IMG/VR virus record: IMGVR_UViG_3300021185_002017
DNA: 64,000 nucleotides
Direction: 5' to 3' (one strand)
Origin: a virus
Taxonomy: Duplodnaviria; Caudoviricetes
Shown: one piece after another, positions 1 through 8,806 of the stretch
Layout of the letters: the number at the start of each line of letters is the position of its first letter
How positions within the stretch are numbered: the stretch's first letter is position 1
Notes under the pieces: model-generated
Told to the model about the DNA's origin: nothing
What the model saw: only the letters and a program-made list of their open reading frames with translations
Database searches by the model: none
Made by a program: the position numbers and the translations under genes

Positions 1-3000
1 AACTTCGCCTGGTCCTCTATTAGAGCCTTCAATGTTTAGTGCTATGTTAAACAAGTTATCATATAGTTCTGTTATAAATTCTGTACTAACTCCTTCGGCA
101 CCTTTTAGCCATTGATCCCATGTTGATGCACCGTCTGCCATTAAAACTTTAGTATCAACATAGCTCACTTGTCCGTATGTGGAAAGGAAGTTTTCGATGT
201 CGTCAAAATCACCCTTAGTATTCATAATTGCTTTTACGAACTCTGGTAGTACACCTTTATAACTGTAGTCTGCTTCTGGTGCTGTTTTCTCTGGCTTTAA
301 GAAATCTTCAGGGTGTACTCGTTCATGGTTTTCAGCATCTGTTCTCATAAAACGGTAAACTCGTTGTATGAATGCTGGGTTATCTTTTAATTTATCTATA
401 ATAAAATTGAATCTTTCTTTATCTCTGTCTAAGTCATCTTCCGACAACATGCTTTCTTTAAGTCCTGCTTTTTGTTTAATAGTAGGATGTACTTTGTTTT
501 GTACAAAGCCTTTGAATATAGAACGCAAATCAGTATCAGGACCTGCACCACTAGCGGCTTCTCTGAAAGCTCTAATCATACTAGGATCAGGTACTACAAA
601 ATATGCTTCCATTTGTGCTTTTAAATCACTAGCAAGTAACGGAACATTTAGTAACTCTTGTATCTTCTTTTCTGGTGAGTTGTCTGGTACTGCACCTTCT
701 ACATATTTTGCTTTTTTACCAGACTTATTAGGGTGTTCAAAACCTTTACCTTTCTTTTTATATGCTTCGTTGATTTTATTACTGTCAACTTTGTTCAATA
801 AGTTTAATTGCTCTTCTAGTGGCAACTTGTCAAACTTGTTAAATGTACTTTCTTTACTCATCCTTCTAATCCTATCTCTTTGAGCTTGGGCGTCAGCTTC
901 GCTACTATGTACTGTACTAACATCGTCTCCTAGACTACCATCAGCATTTAGTCTAAAATAGTTTCCGCCACTTACTTTATAATTTTTTTCTATGTATTCT
1001 TTAGCCGCTTTAACCGCAGCCGCCCATCTTTCTGTGCCTATTGCTTTTTCATTATCTGGGCGCCAGTTGTGATTGCTGTCAAATTGATCATAAACTTTCT
1101 GTAACAAGTTTACACCTTGATTGCCTACGCCACGCTCTATTTTTAAGTAGTCTGCTAGATTACCCCAATTTGTGCTATTTGCTACACCGTTTGAAGATGC
1201 TCCTTCAAGTCCTTCTACATCAGCGGCGTCAACCATACCCGATATTGCGTTCTTTGCTTTTTGTTGTTTTTCTTGGTCTGCTTTTGCCTTCTTAGAAAGT
1301 TCTGGATTATTTACATGCCACGAAGCTGCTGCCATTGTATCAAGCGGTTCGCCGTATGGTCCTTCTGCTTCTTCACTTGGAAGTAATGGCTTGAACTGAC
1401 CCATTCCTTCTCTGCCATCACCTAAGGATGGCTCAAATTTGACATTTCTTTGCTTTAATAAATTTTTAATTTCACCATCATTTGAATTTATGTTTATGTA
1501 ATTACTTTCGTCTGCTACTCCACTAAAACCAGCATCGTAAACTTGCTGGAATTTACGAAGTACTTTCATTGCTACTTTCTCTCTCCATGTACCTTTATGT
1601 GCATCATTTGCTAATATATCACTAGCAACTAATGCCTGATGATAATGAGCAGTAGGTATACTTAGTATGTTTCCAAGTCTACTTTGTACTTTACTTTGTG
1701 GGCTTTGTAATTCTTGGGCAATATCACGGTCAGTGATCATATCTTCGCCGGCTTTAAGATTTCTATAATACGAACTTGAAACAAATATTGAACCACCAAA
1801 TTTAAATACTGGAAGTGTACCAATGTGTGGAGACCCGTGTTTTTTCTTAAACTGATCCTGTTTTACATCTAATTTTTTCTTTTTATCAATGGCTGTTTGT
1901 TGAGAATCAAATCCAAACTCTTGTGCAATTTTATCAAACCCTTCTAAGAAATTTTTTATATTAGTGGTACGCTCGCCAATTAACTTTTGTATATACTCGT
2001 CATCGTAGTAATCAGGAGTTCCTTTCTTTTTATCGTAATATCTTTCGTATGAAGATCTTAAATAATCTTGCATTGTATTTCTAAATCTGTGTGCAACTGG
2101 TTCACTAAACGCATCTGGTCTGCCTCTAACTTCATCAATAGCATTTTCCAATGTCTCTGCAGCATATTTGCTCATTGCAAAATATGCAGGACCTTCACGC
2201 ACATCTTCATGTCTAGTGCCTTTTACTTGAGGATGGTTATCAACCATATAATTGTCTTCGGCTTTATTTTGCTTAACTAGTTTTTCTGCAAGATCAGCAA
2301 TTACCTTCATGCTATCATAATATTTTGCAGGCTGGTCTTGTCTAACATCTTCTAAATGTTCCCAACGAAGTCTCATTTTTTGCAACATTTTACTCATTGC
2401 ATTTTCAATATAACTGTCTTGTCCTTGCTGTAGATCTGGATTATGATCTCTAGAAACAGCATGTTCCCATTGTGGGAATTTTTTGATATAATCTTGTAAT
2501 TTGTTTAGCTCTTTTTTCATTATAGGCATGCCGGGTTCAAACATCTCTTGGTAATCATACCCTCCGGAAATTACTCTTTTATGAAAAATTTTATATTGTG
2601 AATTAATATCAGATGATGTTTGAGTTGCTTTGTCTATAAACTCACCAGCATAATCTTTGCTTACTCTTGGAGATGCTGTATCGATAAGGTCAGCAAGTTT
2701 TTCTTTGTCTAAGCCGTCTTCGGCATGCACAGCATTCCATAGTCCTTGTACAATTCTATCTGTTTGTGCCGCAGTTAAATAATCTGGTTCTACAACAACT
2801 GTCTTTTTAAATAATCTATCGGAACCATTCTTAATTCTACTTAAACGTTCTTTATGTGTTAAGGTACCGCCTGGGTTTCTACCAATCTCAACTGATTGAT
2901 TAACATCAGGCGTAATAATTATCTTTCCTAATTGTTCGACAGTTAATTTAAATTCAGGTAATGTTTTTCTTAGTACGCCAATGCCTTTAGCATTAATAGT

Positions 3001-5274
3001 TGCACGGTTTAAATTTTGACTTATATCATAACCTGCCTGTGCTATTGCTCTTGCAAATTTGTTTTGTGCTTTCTTTAAGTATGCTTCAGCCTGTTTGCTT
3101 GGTGCTATTGTACTTGGTTGTATATAACCTGTTGTGGTTTCATCTTCTTCTAATCCATCAAGTTTTGTACCTGTACCTTTTTCGAAATCCTTTACACTTT
3201 GTTTCCATTTTTTATCAGCACCCGGAGCACTTAATTTTTTATATTCTTCTAATGTGTTAAATGCTGATGCCACTAAGTACATACTGTTAACATAATTTTC
3301 TTTAGAAAAATAACCTTTTAATACATCTATTGCAGGATGTTCGACATCTGTTCTACTTTTTACACGCTCTTCATCATCAGGTGAAATAGTATCTAGTTTG
3401 CTTATCATTCTAAACAATGCTTTTACATAGTCGTCATTGTACATCTTGTCGCTATATGCAGCAGTCAATGTTGCCGCATATCTAACAATTGCTTTTACTG
3501 CTGTATTATAATTATTATGGTAATCGTTGCCACCACCAATTCTAAATTCAATTAATTGGTTGCCTGTCTCTTTGTCAGATTCTTGTTTAAAATTAATAGC
3601 ACTGAACTTATCTCTACTAATACCGCCTTTTAATATTTCTTCAATACCTTTTATAGTTTTAGTACTGTCAGGATTTCTTTTAAGTTCACTTGCCATTCTT
3701 TTTAAGTTATCCATTTGGCTTTTTGCATAAGAGTTTCCTTCTCTGCCAAATGTACTTAATAAATATTTGTCGCCTAACAGTACAGCAAGTTTAACATCGT
3801 TAATATCTTCTTTTTCTTCACTGTCTAGACTCATTGTAACATGTAATCCAGTTGAACTATTTGTTTCGGCGCCTTGCTCTTCTAACCACTCAAATAAACT
3901 TTTCATTTCACCGAGCATTTCTTTTGGTGTGCTGTACACTGGGCTAATTATTTCTGCCCCTGTGCCACCTGAATCAATCGAACTATCATCCTCTACACGC
4001 CAATAATCTATTCCACCGCTAGTGGAATGATATTCACCAACTTGTACTTCGTTGAACTTACTGTTATTGTACATCCAGTCTTCTAATCCCGCGGACACTT
4101 CCTCTAATCCGCCGCCTCCATTTGGATTGTAAAGATAAATTCCAAATTCTGAAAGACAACTACTCCAACTACCGTACTCGTTACTTGCCCAGTCGTCTAT
4201 GCTATTACTATCTCTTGCATCATCATAGGCTCTTTCCATTGCTTCGCCTTCGTCGCGAACACCATCTGCAAGCCATTCTTTGTACTCATCGAGTAATTCT
4301 TCTTCCACATACTGACGACCCCAAGCCATAAAGTCCCAATCTTCGAACTCTTCCAATTGGTCATCGTCCATGTCTTCTACTTGATTTTCTTTGTATTCCC
4401 TTATGTCATCTTCGTCTAATTCTTGATCTATGTAATCGTTGAGATATACTTCGTCCTCTTCTCTTTCGCTAACTATTTCCCAAACAATATCACTTTCGAG
4501 GTCCATCGCCTGTTCGCTAATCCATTCATCGTACGCATCATTAATAGTATCAACCGAGCCTCGACCATCTTGATCTGCAACAAAATCTTCAATGTCATAC
4601 CAGTTATATTCGTATAACCAGTCACCCTCATCATCATCACTTCCACCATAAATATTTTCCCAACTTGTTTCGGCTTCGAATCCACATTTAATAGGTGCAA
4701 CTAATGCTTCTTTTGCTAACTTCTGACTATTAAAATTAATCTCAAATAGTAGTTCGTCACCTTGCTCACGGCGTTTATGCTCTCGAGTAAGTCTCTTAAT
4801 TTTTTGGCCTATGTGACTTTTCTTTTGTCTTTTAGTAAGCATTTTGCCAAGTTTGCCTTCACTTACTTCCTGCTCTTCGCCTGGCAGTGTAATATCATCG
4901 TCTGGATTAAGTGTAAAAAATTCTTTGCTTTTTTGGTTTTGTACAACAACTGCATCTTTGTTTAAGCCATTGTCTACTGGGCTTACAACTTTAATAATGT
5001 CGCCTTTGTCGTCTTGGTATTCAAAGTCTTGTGCTAACTCTTTTGCTTTTGATATAGTTGGCTCAACTGGTGCTGGTTGTTCAGTGTCAGTCTTATTTTG
5101 CTGACTGCTAGGACTTACTTGAGGTTTGTTTACACTTGATTTTGGTGGTTTAGCGGCTGCTGTTGCTTTAGCAGTTGAACCTGTTTTTTGTTGAGATGTT
5201 GGTGTACTTGCACCACTAGACATGCCGTACTCAGAAATTAAAGACTTTAGTGTGCGTATATCCTTCGCTTTCAT
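1..5274 (-). CDS. Giant (>1758 aa, runs off the window at position 1) probable virion/internal protein with a central putative amidoligase (COOH-NH2 ligase) domain
   Basis: Manual translation from ATG at 5274 (MKAKDIRTLKSLISE) stays open to base 1. It is absent from the ORF track, consistent with no in-window stop. Amidoligase-type motifs: CGFEAE, DDSSI, GAEIISPV, TNSSTGLHVTMS, KFSAINF, IEFRIGGG. Confidence 0.8.
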   Translation of the reverse strand, partial: MKAKDIRTLKSLISEYGMSSGASTPTSQQKTGSTAKATAAAKPPKSSVNKPQVSPSSQQNKTDTEQPAPVEPTISKAKELAQDFEYQDDKGDIIKVVSPVDNGLNKDAVVVQNQKSKEFFTLNPDDDITLPGEEQEVSEGKLGKMLTKRQKKSHIGQKIKRLTREHKRREQGDELLFEINFNSQKLAKEALVAPIKCGFEAETSWENIYGGSDDDEGDWLYEYNWYDIEDFVADQDGRGSVDTINDAYDEWISEQAMDLESDIVWEIVSEREEDEVYLNDYIDQELDEDDIREYKENQVEDMDDDQLEEFEDWDFMAWGRQYVEEELLDEYKEWLADGVRDEGEAMERAYDDARDSNSIDDWASNEYGSWSSCLSEFGIYLYNPNGGGGLEEVSAGLEDWMYNNSKFNEVQVGEYHSTSGGIDYWRVEDDSSIDSGGTGAEIISPVYSTPKEMLGEMKSLFEWLEEQGAETNSSTGLHVTMSLDSEEKEDINDVKLAVLLGDKYLLSTFGREGNSYAKSQMDNLKRMASELKRNPDSTKTIKGIEEILKGGISRDKFSAINFKQESDKETGNQLIEFRIGGGNDYHNNYNTAVKAIVRYAATLTAAYSDKMYNDDYVKALFRMISKLDTISPDDEERVKSRTDVEHPAIDVLKGYFSKENYVNSMYLVASAFNTLEEYKKLSAPGADKKWKQSVKDFEKGTGTKLDGLEEDETTTGYIQPSTIAPSKQAEAYLKKAQNKFARAIAQAGYDISQNLNRATINAKGIGVLRKTLPEFKLTVEQLGKIIITPDVNQSVEIGRNPGGTLTHKERLSRIKNGSDRLFKKTVVVEPDYLTAAQTDRIVQGLWNAVHAEDGLDKEKLADLIDTASPRVSKDYAGEFIDKATQTSSDINSQYKIFHKRVISGGYDYQEMFEPGMPIMKKELNKLQDYIKKFPQWEHAVSRDHNPDLQQGQDSYIENAMSKMLQKMRLRWEHLEDVRQDQPAKYYDSMKVIADLAEKLVKQNKAEDNYMVDNHPQVKGTRHEDVREGPAYFAMSKYAAETLENAIDEVRGRPDAFSEPVAHRFRNTMQDYLRSSYERYYDKKKGTPDYYDDEYIQKLIGERTTNIKNFLEGFDKIAQEFGFDSQQTAIDKKKKLDVKQDQFKKKHGSPHIGTLPVFKFGGSIFVSSSYYRNLKAGEDMITDRDIAQELQSPQSKVQSRLGNILSIPTAHYHQALVASDILANDAHKGTWREKVAMKVLRKFQQVYDAGFSGVADESNYININSNDGEIKNLLKQRNVKFEPSLGDGREGMGQFKPLLPSEEAEGPYGEPLDTMAAASWHVNNPELSKKAKADQEKQQKAKNAISGMVDAADVEGLEGASSNGVANSTNWGNLADYLKIERGVGNQGVNLLQKVYDQFDSNHNWRPDNEKAIGTERWAAAVKAAKEYIEKNYKVSGGNYFRLNADGSLGDDVSTVHSSEADAQAQRDRIRRMSKESTFNKFDKLPLEEQLNLLNKVDSNKINEAYKKKGKGFEHPNKSGKKAKYVEGAVPDNSPEKKIQELLNVPLLASDLKAQMEAYFVVPDPSMIRAFREAASGAGPDTDLRSIFKGFVQNKVHPTIKQKAGLKESMLSEDDLDRDKERFNFIIDKLKDNPAFIQRVYRFMRTDAENHERVHPEDFLKPEKTAPEADYSYKGVLPEFVKAIMNTKGDFDDIENFLSTYGQVSYVDTKVLMADGASTWDQWLKGAEGVSTEFITELYDNLFNIALNIEGSNRGPGEV

Positions 5275-5280
5275 CTTGTA

Positions 5281-5577
5281 TTAACGCCTTCTTCTTACTG
5301 GTCTATTGAGTGATTTTAACCTCTTTGCCATAGGATTAAATCTTTTAGTTCTACGAGCTTTACGAATCATTCGTTTGCCCATTTTGGCTTTTGTTCTTCT
5401 CAGTGTCATACGCTTTTTGAGATCAATTGGCTTTGCACATTGACTTGGATTAGCAACAACTCTGCCTGCTCGTGGACCGCTTGTACAACGGACAGCACGT
5501 TTAATCTTGTTGCCCATACGGCGCCAAACCATACGAGCTTCGAGGATTTCTCCCTCTACTATTTCATCAAGTCTCAT
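5281..5577 (-). CDS. Small, highly basic (Arg/Lys-rich) protein, probable DNA-binding head-internal protein
   Basis: Start moved to ATG 5577 (MRLDEIVE), which gives an ATGA overlap with the upstream gene. The C-terminal two thirds are R/K-rich. Confidence 0.7.
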   Translation of the reverse strand: MRLDEIVEGEILEARMVWRRMGNKIKRAVRCTSGPRAGRVVANPSQCAKPIDLKKRMTLRRTKAKMGKRMIRKARRTKRFNPMAKRLKSLNRPVRRRR

Positions 5578-5825
5578 CCTAATAAGCTCTCTAATAATAT
5601 TGCTATTGTACCTAGCAATGAAGTAACAGTAACAGCAACTATGCCAATAATCCATCCTTCCATTTTATTTAATCTTTGCTTAGTATCATCTTTAAATTCA
5701 CGCAACTCAGTTGTTATTGCTTCAATACGAAGCATGTCAGCAATGATGTGTGCTTCGATATTTCCTGAGTATGCCGGTAGTGATTCAGCAGCTTGATCTA
5801 ACTCTGGTTTTGTTTTCTTTGGCAT
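5574..5825 (-). CDS. Small coiled-coil protein with C-terminal transmembrane helix (holin/XhlA-like architecture)
   Basis: Heptad-like stretch followed by WIIGIVAVTVTSLLGTIAILL. Confidence 0.6.
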   Translation of the reverse strand: MPKKTKPELDQAAESLPAYSGNIEAHIIADMLRIEAITTELREFKDDTKQRLNKMEGWIIGIVAVTVTSLLGTIAILLESLLG

Positions 5826-5826
5826 G

Positions 5827-6231
5827 TTATAATAAATCCTGTTTTGTGAATTCCATATTTACTGAATTCTTTGTATCTATTGTGCCTGCATTTAATACAA
5901 TACCGTCAAGTTCATCAACTAATGTAGTAATGCTATGCACACTCTCACGCTCAAAAGCAAATTTAAAAATCCAGCCAGCACCTGTCATAGTTGGTGCTCC
6001 ATATCCTTCTAGTACATTAGCACCTACTCCGCTTAATGCAACTGGCTTGTTCATGATAATTGGCATAGCTCTTAAGCCAATAACTTGAACAACACTTTCA
6101 AAATCTTTTTGCGTATTGTTTGTAAAATCACCAGTATGTGTAATGTCTAATGATGTATATAATGTGTAAAATTCTATGTTTCCTGTTACAACTTCTTGGC
6201 TGTTCATTGCGCCTGATCTATTTAATGTCAT
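5827..6231 (-). CDS. Hypothetical late (virion) protein
   Basis: Start moved to ATG 6231 (MTLNRSG), with GGAGA RBS and a GATAAATA promoter upstream. Confidence 0.7.
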   Translation of the reverse strand: MTLNRSGAMNSQEVVTGNIEFYTLYTSLDITHTGDFTNNTQKDFESVVQVIGLRAMPIIMNKPVALSGVGANVLEGYGAPTMTGAGWIFKFAFERESVHSITTLVDELDGIVLNAGTIDTKNSVNMEFTKQDLL

Positions 6232-6252
6232 GTGTGTCTCCGATATATACAC

Positions 6253-6260
6253 TATTTATC
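6253..6260 (-). promoter_or_regulatory. Late promoter GATAAATA
   Basis: Exact motif in the intergenic region upstream of the ORF starting at 6231. Confidence 0.75.
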
Positions 6261-6300
6261 ATCAAACTGTTAACAGGTATCTAAAAATTTTTGCTGGTCA

Positions 6301-6324
6301 AAAAAAAGCACTCCGAAGAGTGCT
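6301..6324 (-). terminator. Intrinsic terminator AGCACTC-TTCG-GAGTGCT plus U7
   Basis: 7-bp stem, UUCG loop and U-tract. The same stem-loop occurs at 40917 and 62613. Confidence 0.85.
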
Positions 6325-6373
6325 CTTTAATGTGACGCCTTGCAACATCACGTTCCTAAGGTAGTAAGGAATT

Positions 6374-6667
6374 CTAGCCGGAAAAGGAAGTTACCCCAGC
6401 CCATGCACAGCCAGTAACACCGAATGCGTTAGTAGCATCATCAGCAATTGCTGGGCCACCTTCGTATGCAATGTATATTGCTGTAGTTGCATCTACTGAG
6501 AAACCTTCAATACCAGTAATAGTGTAGTTTTGTACAGTTATTGCTTGTATTAAAGCATCCATTTTCGCTTGGGTCATGTTTGTTGAAACTGTTGCAGTTG
6601 CAATATGTATTACTCTACCGAAACCGTTTAGGTCTTCAGTAAAACCATTTACTCTTGTTTGTGCCAT
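6374..6667 (-). CDS. Small late protein (MAQ-start family), candidate capsid decoration protein
   Basis: Has its own late promoter, GGAG RBS and terminator. N-terminus is MAQTRVNG. Confidence 0.7.
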   Translation of the reverse strand: MAQTRVNGFTEDLNGFGRVIHIATATVSTNMTQAKMDALIQAITVQNYTITGIEGFSVDATTAIYIAYEGGPAIADDATNAFGVTGCAWAGVTSFSG

Positions 6668-6712
6668 TTTGTTACTCCGATTTGAACGGGCTTACCTGTT
6701 GCCCTATGCAAA

Positions 6713-6720
6713 TATTTATC
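6713..6720 (-). promoter_or_regulatory. Late promoter GATAAATA
   Basis: Exact motif upstream of 6667. Confidence 0.75.
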
Positions 6721-6731
6721 TTATTATAGTC

Positions 6732-6762
6732 AAAAAAAATCCCCACATAGTGAGGATTTTTT
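6732..6762 (-). terminator. Intrinsic terminator
   Basis: Hairpin AAAAAATCCTCAC-TAT-GTGGGGATTTTTT followed by a U-run, downstream of 6780. Confidence 0.7.
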
Positions 6763-6779
6763 AAACTAAATGTTAAAAC

Positions 6780-7028
6780 TTAGCCAAAAGTTACAACTAA
6801 TGTTGCGCCTGTTAATGATGGTGTTGCGCCAGCGCCTTGTAAAGCGATGTGACAACCGTCATTTGCTACGTCATCTTCAATTGCTACAACGATAAAGCCT
6901 TCTGCTTGTGCTTCTGCTGTCACGTCTGCTACTGAGTTTGTTGATACATCAGTTACTGACATAATGTGAGTAGTTCCTACTAGGCCGTTAGCTGCTCTAA
7001 CTGCTGCGTTTGGGTTTGCTTGTGCCAT
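6780..7028 (-). CDS. Small late protein (MAQ-start family), candidate capsid decoration protein
   Basis: Has its own promoter, AGGAG RBS and terminator. N-terminus is MAQANPNAAVRAANG. Confidence 0.7.
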   Translation of the reverse strand: MAQANPNAAVRAANGLVGTTHIMSVTDVSTNSVADVTAEAQAEGFIVVAIEDDVANDGCHIALQGAGATPSLTGATLVVTFG

Positions 7029-7077
7029 GGTTATTCTCCTAAATATAATGTAGAGCTAATTCTTTACTCTATGTACT

Positions 7078-7085
7078 TATTTATC
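7078..7085 (-). promoter_or_regulatory. Late promoter GATAAATA
   Basis: Exact motif upstream of 7028. Confidence 0.75.
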
Positions 7086-7096
7086 AATCTAGTCAT

Positions 7097-7122
7097 AAAA
7101 AAAGGCAGTTAAACTGCCTTTT
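7097..7122 (-). terminator. Intrinsic terminator AAAAGGCAGT-TTA-ACTGCCTTTT
   Basis: Perfect inverted repeat plus U-tract, downstream of 7144. Confidence 0.8.
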
Positions 7123-7143
7123 AATATCTAAAGTTAGTTAAAC

Positions 7144-7404
7144 TTAGAATGATACATCAGCAATAACGTGTGCTGCAATGTCACCGTTTGCTAAGTTATC
7201 TGCACCTTCAACTATCATTTTAACTGTATCGCCTGATACTGCGCCAACTTTAAGTACTGAAAGGTTTAAGTTTTGAACAGAGCTAACTAATGCTGTTAAT
7301 TGAGTTGCTGAAATATTTCCTGATTGTTGTTGAAAACTTTTAAGAAATACATCTTTACCAATAAACTCGCCTGCTGCTGCTGATCTTCTATCTGCTTGTG
7401 CCAT
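7144..7404 (-). CDS. Small late protein (MAQ-start family), candidate capsid decoration protein
   Basis: Has its own promoter, AGGAG RBS and terminator. N-terminus is MAQADRRSAAAGEF. Confidence 0.7.
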   Translation of the reverse strand: MAQADRRSAAAGEFIGKDVFLKSFQQQSGNISATQLTALVSSVQNLNLSVLKVGAVSGDTVKMIVEGADNLANGDIAAHVIADVSF

Positions 7405-7434
7405 GTTAATTCTCCTGAATTGAATATATGCTAT

Positions 7435-7442
7435 TATTTATC
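7435..7442 (-). promoter_or_regulatory. Late promoter GATAAATA
   Basis: Exact motif upstream of 7404. Confidence 0.75.
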
Positions 7443-7445
7443 AAT

Positions 7446-8003
7446 CTATGCTTTAAAATCCGATTTATTTATACTAAGAGCGTCTAAGTTTCTGGCTTGT
7501 GATTTTGCTTTTCCTAATGCTGAACTAAATGTTGTTCCAAGATCTGTTGTGTTTAGACCTGCTGTTGGATTTAATTTCTTTAATATTCTTTGTCTTGTGT
7601 TGCCATCACCGGCAGTATAATCTTTGACTGCATTCTGGTTACCTACTTGGGCACCTCGTTTTTTCTTAGGCTCTGCTGACAGTTTAACTGGAGAATCAGT
7701 ATTTGTTTTATCAGATTTCTTTTTAGATTTTCTGTCTTTTGTTTGTTTCTTGCCAGTTACATATTCACTGTCTGGGTACATATCTTGTACTGCTGCTTTG
7801 ATTGCTGTTCCTGCATTATAATTTGGCTTATTAAAATATTGTAAAGCATTCATAACAACTGAAGCCTTATGGAATTGCATTGCCCACTGATACTTGTTTC
7901 CGTTAGGATCTAAAAACTCGCCGTCAAATTCTTGATTAAGTAATTCAAGTGAATCTTTAGTACCTTGGGTTTCACGCTCTGCTATAATTTCATCAATTCT
8001 CAT
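7446..8003 (-). CDS. Hypothetical protein, probable head-internal, with a basic KKKRGAQVGNQNA segment
   Basis: N-terminus MRIDEIIAE resembles T4 capsid-targeting peptides. ATGA overlap with the upstream gene. Confidence 0.65.
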   Translation of the reverse strand: MRIDEIIAERETQGTKDSLELLNQEFDGEFLDPNGNKYQWAMQFHKASVVMNALQYFNKPNYNAGTAIKAAVQDMYPDSEYVTGKKQTKDRKSKKKSDKTNTDSPVKLSAEPKKKRGAQVGNQNAVKDYTAGDGNTRQRILKKLNPTAGLNTTDLGTTFSSALGKAKSQARNLDALSINKSDFKA

Positions 8004-8806
8004 GTTTGTTTCTTCCTTCTACCAGCAGCCCAATAACCTGCTATAGCACCAATACCGGTACCTGCTTTTTTAACTGTATCAGGTTTTTCTTTAGCAAGTT
8101 TTGTTAATTTCTTAGCGGCATACCTACCTGCGGCTGCACCAATTGCTGCACCTGCTACTTTTTGTGCAAAACTAGTTCTTGGTACATCATATGCTGGTTC
8201 TGTGCTATACTTCCTATATTTAACCATAGTAGACATAGGTGTAAGTAATTCACTTCCTCTTCCTATGCTACGCATTGTTTGTAATATTTTTGTTACTACT
8301 AGTTGTCTACTTGAATACTTTAAATTACCCCAATCAGTAATAAATCTACGGTATTGTTTATACTTAGAATCTGTAATTTGTAGTTGTGCTTCTAGTCTAA
8401 AGAAGTAACTAACTGCTTCATTTTTTCTATCAGAGCCGTTTGCAATTTTTTTCATAAACATAAAATGCTTTCTAGCATCAAAGTTTATATTTTGTAAAAA
8501 AGAAGTACTTGCTACTCTGTTCTTTAATGTTATTTTATTACTCTTAGGATTTGCAATTGTAAAACATAGCATGTATAAGTCAGTAGCACTAGTTCTAAAT
8601 GTAGTATATCCACCATACTGGGAGGTTTGCTTTGCATAATTTGCTGCATAGCCATGTTGTACATCATCCTGTACCATCATATAAAGTGCAATGGTATTTA
8701 AATAAGTTAGATTAGCAACATCTCTACCAGTGAGCTGACGCATATTGCCAGAAGATCTGTATAATCTACTTTCAGATATTTCTTGATCTATAAATTCTAA
8801 TTCCAT
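8000..8806 (-). CDS. Hypothetical virion protein with C-terminal glycine-zipper-like helices
   Basis: 268 aa. C-terminal GAAIGAAAG and GTGIGAIAGYW motifs. Confidence 0.65.
   Translation of the reverse strand: MELEFIDQEISESRLYRSSGNMRQLTGRDVANLTYLNTIALYMMVQDDVQHGYAANYAKQTSQYGGYTTFRTSATDLYMLCFTIANPKSNKITLKNRVASTSFLQNINFDARKHFMFMKKIANGSDRKNEAVSYFFRLEAQLQITDSKYKQYRRFITDWGNLKYSSRQLVVTKILQTMRSIGRGSELLTPMSTMVKYRKYSTEPAYDVPRTSFAQKVAGAAIGAAAGRYAAKKLTKLAKEKPDTVKKAGTGIGAIAGYWAAGRRKKQT

Noticed and set aside
368-4965. Many short plus-strand ORFs and the minus-strand ORF 4473..4700
   Set aside because: All overlap the giant minus-strand frame 1..5274, which carries recognisable motifs.
6728-6733. TTGACT/TTGACC hexamers formed at terminator U-tracts (also near 6297 and 40906)
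   Set aside because: No convincing -10 box at 16-18 bp for the copy checked (40906), and adjacent GATAAATA motifs explain downstream expression.
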